In this document: positions 8,943 through 17,046 of the stretch, piece by piece
How the letters are laid out: each line of letters begins with the position of its first letter
Numbering within the stretch: position 1 is the first letter of the stretch
Origin: a bacterium
GTDB taxonomy: Bacteria; Blakebacterota; Blakebacteria; Blakebacterales; Blakebacteraceae
Assembly: GCA_025774615.1 (NCBI GenBank)
Contig: JALGVQ010000019.1
Span: 1-50,018, forward strand
Length of the DNA: 50,018 bases
Reading direction: 5' to 3'
Notes under the pieces: generated by a model
Database searches by the model: none
What the model saw: only the letters and a program-made list of their open reading frames with translations
Told to the model about the DNA's origin: nothing
Made by a program: the position numbers and the translations under genes

Positions 8943-11129
8943 CTACGCGGGGAGTTCGAGGTTGGTGATCTCCTCTGTTACCTGGTAATCGTATTCAGGG
9001 TATCCGTAAATGGAAAGACGGGGCTCTGTCTCTCCGATTGAATACCCGTAGATCCCTCTGTATTCGGAGATGTCCTCCCCGATAGCTGCCAGTTGCTCCA
9101 GGTATTCATAGATTGATTTCGATTCGATGATCACCACCTTACCCATCCGGTCGATGATAGGGCTGTGAGATCTGGTCCTGTCGTGATTGAACTCAAGTAT
9201 ACGGCGACCATACCGCGTGATTCCAATTACCCTGAAGGTCATGCTCTTTCCGACTGCCGGCAGGTTCAGGACATTCCGGTCTGTGGCCAGAAAGGGAAGG
9301 CCCGATTCCTTGCGCAGGGCCTCGATGTTATCCAGGATTATTTCCGGTTCCAGGGGAAGCTCCCTGATCCGTTCGTGGTATTCCTGTGGAATCGCACCCA
9401 GTCTCTTCTCCTCAAGCTGTTCCTGTACAGCTCGGGCATTAGTTGCAAAGTTAAATGTGTTCTCCATATAGCCTTTCACGGAGAACGTATAGTAGGAAAG
9501 GATGCCAACATCGTTCAGAACCTGTCTCAATTTTGCCGCGTGGCCTCGCCTGGAAGCTGCCGCAGTGAATACGTGCTGGTTTGTCAATGTCCAACCGGCT
9601 TCATTGAGCATCCGCACTGCCCTGCGGACCTCAGGAGTGATCTCCAACGGAGCCTCGAAATGGGTCTGGATCATGAACTGCCGGACACCTGCCTCTGACG
9701 CCTTCTCTTTGAATTCGGCCAGGATTTTCACAAGGTCAGGGGTAATCCGCTGGGGCAGGTAAGCGGGCAATCTTGTGCCTATCCGAACCCTGAGAAGTTC
9801 CGCGTACTTTTCACCATCCACCCGCTTCCGGTTGGCCTTCTTCTTCTTTACGGCCATACGGTAAACGGCATCAAGTATCACTTCGAGTGAGGTATCTGAA
9901 CTCATCAGGGCGTCACCGCCTGTGATCAGGATATCCCTCAGATGGCTGTCTTCCTCGAAGTACTGCATGAGCCGGTCCAGCTTCTCCTGCCACGTCTCGT
10001 CGGGCAGCAGGTCGTGCAGATTGAAGTTCAGATTCCCGCGCTGGAATTCGTACATTCGCTGGCACGAGGCACATAGTCCACCACATGCCCGGCCCAGGGT
10101 GTCGGGTATCAGGATTGCAACATCGGGGTAGCGGCGGTGGATATTGTACGAAGAGGGCAGTATCCAGCCGGCGGCGTTCGGTTTGCCCGGCTCCACCTCG
10201 TCTTCTTTTTCCCATGCCGCGATATGACCGAATTCATCCACGAGCTGCTGGCTGTAAACGACGTAGTAACGCATCGCCAGGTCAGCGCCTATCGCGAAAT
10301 GGGGTACCCGAACGTGGAGGAGAGAGAGGTAATAGGGATTCACAAAGAAGGGGATGCCCTTATCCCTGGCCTTGTAGAGGACATCCATCGTGTCGGGATC
10401 GAGCGAGTAGCCCAGCATCTCGTTGAGCAGGTCGGGATCCCGAATGGCAAAACCCAGATGGAATCGATGGTCATCCCACCACTCGAGCATCCGCTCGAAC
10501 TTCTGCTCCCTGGTCATCTCCGCTTCAAACTTGAACCTGGAGCTATGCAGCTCTTTCGAATCTATCTTGTCGATCAGGATGTTTATTATCCGTTCCCGGT
10601 TCTCTTTCCGGAGGACAACGATCCTTGGATCGAGACCCGAAGGGAAACGTTCCATCCACTTGAGTACTTCCGACCTGTCAGGACGTTTCTGCTCATACTT
10701 GCCCGAGAACTGCTGTAAGAGCATCAACATGTCCTGGAAGAAGTCGGGCCTGGCTCCGCCCGTTCCGTGGGTGACCGCAAGCCAGATCATTCGGATAGGG
10801 TTGCTTATGGCCAGCTGCCCCCGGAGGTTCAGATCCACGAACTCCATATCGGCATGGTCTATGTAATCGAGTAGCCGGATAGTTGCGTAATCTCGCCATT
10901 CGAGTGATTCGAAGAGCTTCATACCGGTGTGTTCGCTCTTATAGAACTCCAATGCCTGAGGTGAAGCTTCCGACTCCACCCACTCGCGCACTCCGATAAG
11001 TGCCTCTGTCTCGTTCCGGGCATTGTGCATGATTTCGGCGAGTATCGGATTCTCATTGAGGAGCCGGTCGAGAATCCTGTGGGAATGAACGTTTATTGCT
11101 ATCGGGTCCAGTTCGTGTTCTGGCAGCAT
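8943..11129 (-). CDS. KamA-family (lysine 2,3-aminomutase-like) radical SAM protein, long form
   Basis: 728 aa from the ATG at 11129 (the listed ORF starts two codons earlier at TTG 11135). Radical SAM C-x3-C-x2-C (CGGLCASC) at about aa 350, followed by ITGGDALM. The upstream FFVNPYYLSLL resembles the KamA PYY motif. Monocistronic between two AT-rich spacers. Confidence 0.75.
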   Translation of the reverse strand: MLPEHELDPIAINVHSHRILDRLLNENPILAEIMHNARNETEALIGVREWVESEASPQALEFYKSEHTGMKLFESLEWRDYATIRLLDYIDHADMEFVDLNLRGQLAISNPIRMIWLAVTHGTGGARPDFFQDMLMLLQQFSGKYEQKRPDRSEVLKWMERFPSGLDPRIVVLRKENRERIINILIDKIDSKELHSSRFKFEAEMTREQKFERMLEWWDDHRFHLGFAIRDPDLLNEMLGYSLDPDTMDVLYKARDKGIPFFVNPYYLSLLHVRVPHFAIGADLAMRYYVVYSQQLVDEFGHIAAWEKEDEVEPGKPNAAGWILPSSYNIHRRYPDVAILIPDTLGRACGGLCASCQRMYEFQRGNLNFNLHDLLPDETWQEKLDRLMQYFEEDSHLRDILITGGDALMSSDTSLEVILDAVYRMAVKKKKANRKRVDGEKYAELLRVRIGTRLPAYLPQRITPDLVKILAEFKEKASEAGVRQFMIQTHFEAPLEITPEVRRAVRMLNEAGWTLTNQHVFTAAASRRGHAAKLRQVLNDVGILSYYTFSVKGYMENTFNFATNARAVQEQLEEKRLGAIPQEYHERIRELPLEPEIILDNIEALRKESGLPFLATDRNVLNLPAVGKSMTFRVIGITRYGRRILEFNHDRTRSHSPIIDRMGKVVIIESKSIYEYLEQLAAIGEDISEYRGIYGYSIGETEPRLSIYGYPEYDYQVTEEITNLELPA

Positions 11130-11388
11130 GGCCAATCCCAGTGCTTATACATGCTTGAGACCGTCAACGAGTTTAAAGCACTCTCAGTTTCTCGTCAGCA
11201 TTATACCTGTCCCTCTCCATAATGCCATCCGACTGAATTGAATAAGCATTATTGGACATCCGGAATCCTTCTGCGATACACTCGGCCACAATATGCAACT
11301 CATATGGATTCTCTCCCCATATCACGGAGACCGTATGACATGATTGGCAAGAGTGTCAGCCTGGCGCCTCCTATAAAAGGTGCTGATT

Positions 11389-12621
11389 ATGAATGAATCC
11401 GGTTCCGGTAATCCGTGCCGACGTGATTTTCTTCGATCCGCCGCGCTGGCCGGTGGGGCGTTCGTGCTCGGGGCGGAGATCGCCGGGGGAGCGGCGTGCA
11501 GTGGAGAGGGCGGGCGCAGGTCATTACAGGGTGCCGTACCCTCATATCTTCAGGGATTCGAAGATGAGTACGCCGTGGATCCTCATGGCGCGGCCCTCGG
11601 GTGGTTCGAGCAGGCCAGGTTCGGACTCTTCATGCATTACGGCCTCTACAGTCAGCTCGGGCGCGGCGAGTGGGTGATGTACAATGAGAAAATTCCGGTC
11701 GCCGAATATGAGAAGCTGAAGGACACCTTCAGCGCAGACCGGTTCGACGCCGACTTCATCACCGACCTTGCCCTCGAGGCCGGGATGGGATACATCAACC
11801 TCACCTCCCGTCATCACGACGGTTTCTGCCTCTTCGAGACCTCCACCAGCGATTACCATAGCATGAATAGTCCCACGAAAAGGGATCTGGTAGGGGAACT
11901 GGCCGAGGCTTGCCGGGCTAAAGGTCTGGGGCTGTTCCTCTACTACTCGTATGGTGCGGACTGGCGTCACCCTTATTTCTACCCGAGGAGTTTCAGCCAG
12001 ATAGCGCGCCCCGATTACCCGGAGCCCGATCCTTCATACCTCTGGGAGAAGGACGAGGACTTCGAGGAATATCTCGATTACGCCCACGGGCAGATCCGTG
12101 AACTCCTGACCAATTACGGTCCCCTCGCCGGTATCTGGTTCGATCCGCTGATGGGATTCTACGGGCGGCCCGATCTCTTTCCCATGAGGGAAACCTACGA
12201 AATGGTCCGTCGCCTCCAGCCCCAGACTCTCATCAGCTTCAAGCAGGGTGTCACCGGGACCGAGGATTTCGCGGCTCCCGAACGGAGCGGTCGTTCCCTG
12301 GAAGACCGCATCCGTCAGCGCCATGGTGATGAGACCGCGCAGATCGCCGCCACGGCCTGGGCCTCGAACAAGGATAAACACAACGAGATCTGTGATACGC
12401 TGCAGAGACAGGGCTGGGGCTACCGGGAGGGTCCCGACGACTCACACAAAGGACCTGATGAAGTCATGCAGATGCTCGCTGCTGCGTTCGACCAGAACTG
12501 CAACCTGCTCCTGAATACAGGTCCTCTTCCCGATGGATCGATCCACCACAAAGACGCAGCCACCCTGAGTGAGGTCGGCAGGCATATCCGCGAATCTGGT
12601 TGGCTTCCTGCGCCTGCCTGA
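11389..12621 (+). CDS. glycoside hydrolase family 29 alpha-L-fucosidase, Tat-exported
   Basis: About 410 aa. ATG at 11389 follows AAAAGG (GTG 11380 is an alternative). Tat motif RRDFLRSAALAGGA. GH29 hallmarks: ARFGLFMHYGLYS, LTSRHHDGFCLFET, LFLYYSYGADW. Confidence 0.85.
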   Translation: MNESGSGNPCRRDFLRSAALAGGAFVLGAEIAGGAACSGEGGRRSLQGAVPSYLQGFEDEYAVDPHGAALGWFEQARFGLFMHYGLYSQLGRGEWVMYNEKIPVAEYEKLKDTFSADRFDADFITDLALEAGMGYINLTSRHHDGFCLFETSTSDYHSMNSPTKRDLVGELAEACRAKGLGLFLYYSYGADWRHPYFYPRSFSQIARPDYPEPDPSYLWEKDEDFEEYLDYAHGQIRELLTNYGPLAGIWFDPLMGFYGRPDLFPMRETYEMVRRLQPQTLISFKQGVTGTEDFAAPERSGRSLEDRIRQRHGDETAQIAATAWASNKDKHNEICDTLQRQGWGYREGPDDSHKGPDEVMQMLAAAFDQNCNLLLNTGPLPDGSIHHKDAATLSEVGRHIRESGWLPAPA

Positions 12622-12677
12622 TCAGTTCCAATCAGCTCGTCCGGCCATCTTCGCTGTTGTCCGACTGATAGTGGTAA

Positions 12678-12706
12678 TTGCATTCAGTAAATTATATTCA
12701 TATATT
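12678..12706 (+). promoter_or_regulatory. sigma70-like promoter candidate for the Fic gene
   Basis: TTGCAT (12678-12683), a 17-nt AT-rich spacer, then TATATT (12701-12706). It lies in a sharply AT-rich 60-nt patch about 40 nt upstream of the AGGAGG RBS and ATG 12744. Pattern match only. Confidence 0.35.
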
Positions 12707-12743
12707 CATAGGAGATTATCAGAATAATCCAGGAGGTACCAGT

Positions 12744-13922
12744 ATGTATCGCTGGACAATCACCGATGCTATCCGAGCCAACCTGAGTCGGATCACGGAA
12801 CTCAAAAAAATCATGGACACCCGGGGCGTTCTTCCGCGTCGCTGGGCGGGACGCCTGCGTCGAGAACTGGAATCGGCCTCGGTAGCGGCATCGACTTCGA
12901 TGGAGGGGGTGCCGGTCACGGTCGATGAGGTTCGGCGCATCCTGGCAGGTGACCGTCCGCCGGCGGTCTCAGAGGAAGACGCACAGCTGGTCCAGGGATA
13001 CCGGGACGCCATGTCGTTTGTGCTTCGACGGGCGGATGATGCCTCTTTCACCTGGCAGACCGAGTTGATTCTCGGCATCCATGACAGAGTACTGGCGGGC
13101 TCGCACACTGCCGGTGCCGGCCGCTTCAGGACAGGTCAGGTGCACGTGGCTGACTCCATTGCGGGCCATCTTGTATACGAGCCGCCTCCACCCGATACAG
13201 TTGCGGGACTCGTTGCAGAACTTTCAGCCTTTGCTGAGGAGAATCAGACCGGAATCGAACCACCGGTACTCGCGGCGATCATCCATGTGCGCCTTGCAGG
13301 TATTCACCCTTTCGCTGATGGTAACGGCCGCACGGCGCGGGTTCTGGCCTCTCTGGTGATGTACCGCGGCGGTTACACGATCCCTGAATTCACCAGCCTG
13401 GAGGAATACTGGGGCGCCTATCGCGATGACTACCAGAAAGCGTTCGCGTGTCTGGGCGCGGCCTGGGATCCAGGGGTGGATGTGACTCCATTCGTCTCCG
13501 TGCATGTTGGTGCCCAGCGACTCCAGGTTGATGCTCTCTCACTCCGACAGGCCACAGAACGGAATATCTGGACGATCCTCGAGGACATCGCCACAGAGGA
13601 CCTCTCCGGTCCGCCGCGATTCGCCGAGGCGCTGTTCGACGCCTTTTTCGGGCGGGAGGTATCAAACCGTTACTATCGCGGTCTCACAGATGTATCCATT
13701 GCGACAGCCACCAACGACCTGGGGCGGCTCGAGGCCAGTGGTCTGCTGGCAGCAAGAGGCGCAGGCAGGACACGTACCTATTCCGGAACTCATGCTCTGA
13801 TGGCGAGGGTGGCGAACCTGGGAGGCATCGAACCGGTCCCGGTCGATCCAGCCATTCCTCTTGCCCGATTGAGACAGATGATAATCGAAGGACTCGCAGG
13901 GCGGATCTCGGCTCCTGAGTAA
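12744..13922 (+). CDS. Fic family protein (class II, intramolecular inhibitory motif) with C-terminal wHTH-like region
   Basis: ATG 12744 lies 7 nt after AGGAGG. Canonical Fic active-site motif HPFADGNGRTAR. N-terminal STSMEG fits the inhibitory [ST]xxxE[GN] motif. The C-terminal LTDVSIATATNDLGRLEASGLL region looks like a winged helix. Confidence 0.85.
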   Translation: MYRWTITDAIRANLSRITELKKIMDTRGVLPRRWAGRLRRELESASVAASTSMEGVPVTVDEVRRILAGDRPPAVSEEDAQLVQGYRDAMSFVLRRADDASFTWQTELILGIHDRVLAGSHTAGAGRFRTGQVHVADSIAGHLVYEPPPPDTVAGLVAELSAFAEENQTGIEPPVLAAIIHVRLAGIHPFADGNGRTARVLASLVMYRGGYTIPEFTSLEEYWGAYRDDYQKAFACLGAAWDPGVDVTPFVSVHVGAQRLQVDALSLRQATERNIWTILEDIATEDLSGPPRFAEALFDAFFGREVSNRYYRGLTDVSIATATNDLGRLEASGLLAARGAGRTRTYSGTHALMARVANLGGIEPVPVDPAIPLARLRQMIIEGLAGRISAPE

Positions 13923-14089
13923 TCCACCGGATCTGCACAGGCGCCTGAGCAAACAGATCCTGCGGTGTCTGAAGTGGCGGTCGGGAGAAGGGTTCCTGGC
14001 CTGGGGAATTGACCGTTGATCAGGCGGAATGCTACGCTCGGCACGACGTCTGAACTTCCTGTCCCTGGTTATGTTCCACTGAGGTGCGC

Positions 14090-15673
14090 ATGACTCCAAC
14101 CGTTTCGATCACGACCGACACCGGCGAACTCGATGCCCTTCTGCCGATGGTCCGGTCCTTCCTTGAACAGGACATCATGGAACTCATTGTCGATGGCCGG
14201 AGAGTGAGCGGTTTCCGGACACCCGATGCCAGTTCCCTCTGGATCCGCGATCACTGCGACATGCTGCGGGCCGGCCGCTTCTTCCACGCCGACGCGACCA
14301 GCGTGGTCGAACACTTCGCCGAGACCCAGTCCGCCACCGGCCGGATCTTCGACTACTTCACGACCTTCCCTGAAAAGCTGCCATGCGAGCGCGAGAACTG
14401 GACCAAGTACGTCCGGGTGCCGGTGGAGGCAGATGTCGAGTACCGGTTCGTCAAAGCGGTCTGGCTCGCCTGGCAGGCGTGCGGGGACGACGAATGGCTC
14501 AAAACCCTGCTTCCTTCGATGGAACGTGCTCTCGAGTACATCCTCACTAATCCGTGGTACTGGGATGAGGAGATGGGTGTGGTGAAGCGGGCCTACACGA
14601 TCGATACCTGGGATTTCGCCTACACAGCGGGCGGTCATGACTGGCTCCAGTTCCAGATAGACGAGAACACCTTCTGGGGTGTGATGCACGGGGACAACAG
14701 CGGCTACCTTGAGGCCTTCCGGATCATGGCGCGGGTCCACGAACACTTCGGTGACAGTACGAGGGCCATCATGTGGAAGGAACGGGCCGAACGCCTCAGG
14801 GATAAGATGAACGAGGTCTGCTGGAACGGCACCTTCTACACCCACTTCGTCAAACGTTCCGATGTGACCATCCCGGGGGTCGACGAATCATCCCAGCTCA
14901 GCATGAGCAATCCGATGGATATCAACCGGGGAGCGGCCACTCACGAGATGGCGGTCTCGATCATCGGGGAGTACCAGCGACGCCGGGAAGAGAGTGGGGC
15001 GTTTGCTGAGTGGTTCTCGATCGATCCCCCGTTCCCCGACGGGATCTTCGGGGACGAGAAACTGGTGGGTGGGGCGTACGTGAACGGGGGGATCATGCCC
15101 CTTGTGGGTGGTGAACTCGCCCGGGCGGCGTTCGACCACGGATTCGAGCGGTACGGGGTCGACATCCTCCGGCAGTACCTCGAGATGATCTCGCAGTCGG
15201 GGGAGACCTACCTCTGGTACTTCCCCGACGGCACACCGGCGGCGGTTGAGACCAGCACGAGCCCTGAGGCCTCCGCGACAGATGGCTGGGGTTCGAGCGC
15301 CATGCTCCATGCCCTGATCGAAGGGCTGGCGGGGGTGGTGGACACCCACAAATCGTTCCAGCGGGTCCGGATCTCTCCCCGCTGGGAGGCTGCCGGAGTG
15401 ACCCGCGCCGAGGTCGCCCTGTCGTATGCCTGTTCGGGGAGAGGTATCAGGTATCTGTACGAGAGGTCCGATGGGAAGATCAGTCTGGAGATCTCTGGAA
15501 ACGCGGAAGAGGCAGGGTGCCACGTCCTGCTTCCCGATGAGAGCAGGGTCATATCGGTCTCACACGACGGGGATGAACTCTCATTTGCGGAGGTGATGGT
15601 CGAGAAGAGCCGGTATGTGGACTTTGAGGTTGATGGGCCGGTCGACGGCACGATCGTGATCAGACTCGGGTAG
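14090..15673 (+). CDS. six-hairpin (alpha/alpha)6 glycosidase-like protein, family not assigned
   Basis: About 527 aa from ATG 14090 (GTG 14084 is an alternative). SSLWIRDHCDM (a W-x-RD type motif common in GH15/37/63/GDE-like toroids) and repeated helix pairs support the fold. No signal peptide. Fold and function are inferred, not demonstrated. Confidence 0.45.
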   Translation: MTPTVSITTDTGELDALLPMVRSFLEQDIMELIVDGRRVSGFRTPDASSLWIRDHCDMLRAGRFFHADATSVVEHFAETQSATGRIFDYFTTFPEKLPCERENWTKYVRVPVEADVEYRFVKAVWLAWQACGDDEWLKTLLPSMERALEYILTNPWYWDEEMGVVKRAYTIDTWDFAYTAGGHDWLQFQIDENTFWGVMHGDNSGYLEAFRIMARVHEHFGDSTRAIMWKERAERLRDKMNEVCWNGTFYTHFVKRSDVTIPGVDESSQLSMSNPMDINRGAATHEMAVSIIGEYQRRREESGAFAEWFSIDPPFPDGIFGDEKLVGGAYVNGGIMPLVGGELARAAFDHGFERYGVDILRQYLEMISQSGETYLWYFPDGTPAAVETSTSPEASATDGWGSSAMLHALIEGLAGVVDTHKSFQRVRISPRWEAAGVTRAEVALSYACSGRGIRYLYERSDGKISLEISGNAEEAGCHVLLPDESRVISVSHDGDELSFAEVMVEKSRYVDFEVDGPVDGTIVIRLG

Positions 15674-15737
15674 GATAGATCCCTGAGTGCAACGCTCCGT
15701 GATTGCGGAACGGTGTACTTAAGGAGGGAGCAGAGAG

Positions 15738-17042
15738 ATGGAACGGAGACGGTTCGTCGGTTCACTGGGTGGCGCGATGGGCGGGGTCTGGATGGCAAAG
15801 AGTGGCCGGTTCCCCGACCCGGGCGACCATGTCACCCGATCGTTCCACGATCTCGGTGAAGCTCTGGCAGGTGTTCAGGATGATCAACGGTACTGGGATC
15901 TGATCCGCAGCCAGTTCCTCTTTCCCGATGATTACCACTACCTCAACACCGGCGGTCTCGGTTCCTCCCCCTGGAGTGTCATCAACCGGATGAAGGAGAT
16001 GAGTGACCGGGAGGATGCCCGGCCGAACGCCGGCCACGACCTGAATCACTGGCGGGAGACGAAGGAGATGGCGGCGGGTCTGCTGGGACCGCGATGCCGG
16101 CAGGAGGAACTCGCCTTCACCAGCACGGCGACCGAAGGCATCAACATCATCCTGAACGGGCTTCCACTGGAGCGGGGGGATGAGATCATCACCTCGACCC
16201 ATGAACACCCGGCCCTGAACACCCCCCTCGTGAACCTGGTACACCGCAAGGGTGTTGTGGTCCGTACCTTCGAACCTGACCGGGATCGTGGAGCCGGGAA
16301 CGTCGAGGCGATCGAGCGGCTCATCACCCGCCGCACCCGTTTGATCTTCATCTCCCATCTCACCTGTACGACAGGGCAGTTCTTCCCGGTGGCGGAGATC
16401 GGCAGGCTCGCCCGGTCGCACGAACTCTGGTACGCCCTCGATGGGGTCCAGGCCATCGGGGCAGGTCCGATAGACATCCGGGAGATCGATGCCGATTTCT
16501 TTGCCGTGAGCGGTCACAAATGGATGCTGGGGCCCCGGCGGACCGGCATCCTCTATGTGAAGGAGGAACGCCTGGAGGAACTGGTGCCGACGGTGGTGGG
16601 TACGTACTCCGATCTGAGGAGTGACCTGTCGACCATGACGCTCGAATTCCAGCCCACGGCCCAGCGGTATGAGTTCGGCACCCAGAACGATGCGCTTTTC
16701 TACGGTCTGGCCGAAGCGATCGGATTCGTCACCACCATCGGTGTGGAGCGGATACAGGAGCACAACCGCCGCCTCTCGGAACGTTTCCATGAAGGCCTGC
16801 AGGACATCCCCGGTGCCACGATCCTCTCACCAGCAGAGGAAGAGTACCGGTCAGCGATGATCACTTTCAGGCTGGAGGATGTGCCATACCGGGATGTCAC
16901 CACGGCTCTCGGGCAGAAGGGATTCAGGGTCAGGCCGGTCGGCGAGGTGGGACTCGATGCCATCAGGGTCTCGTTCCATGTCTACAACAACGAGTCGGAG
17001 GTGGAGGGAGTACTCGATGAGATCAGGGCGATCGCGGAGTGA
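15738..17042 (+). CDS. class V aminotransferase-fold PLP enzyme with twin-arginine signal
   Basis: 434 aa. AGGAGGGA RBS. N-terminus MERRRFVGSLGGAMGGVWMA is Tat-like. SGHKWMLGPRRTGILYV contains the class V PLP-lysine region. Overall it resembles the cysteine desulfurase / isopenicillin-N epimerase family. Confidence 0.8.
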   Translation: MERRRFVGSLGGAMGGVWMAKSGRFPDPGDHVTRSFHDLGEALAGVQDDQRYWDLIRSQFLFPDDYHYLNTGGLGSSPWSVINRMKEMSDREDARPNAGHDLNHWRETKEMAAGLLGPRCRQEELAFTSTATEGINIILNGLPLERGDEIITSTHEHPALNTPLVNLVHRKGVVVRTFEPDRDRGAGNVEAIERLITRRTRLIFISHLTCTTGQFFPVAEIGRLARSHELWYALDGVQAIGAGPIDIREIDADFFAVSGHKWMLGPRRTGILYVKEERLEELVPTVVGTYSDLRSDLSTMTLEFQPTAQRYEFGTQNDALFYGLAEAIGFVTTIGVERIQEHNRRLSERFHEGLQDIPGATILSPAEEEYRSAMITFRLEDVPYRDVTTALGQKGFRVRPVGEVGLDAIRVSFHVYNNESEVEGVLDEIRAIAE

Positions 17043-17046
17043 TGGG

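Noticed and set aside
16879-17046. Upstream extensions of listed ORFs, here and at 23799-23930, 26582-26689, 36432-36575, 39340-39426, 43730-43801 and 12678-12743
   Set aside because: Each extension overlaps the preceding gene or lacks an RBS and translates to low-complexity sequence. An internal ATG/GTG with a Shine-Dalgarno motif, and where relevant a signal peptide, gives a more sensible start.
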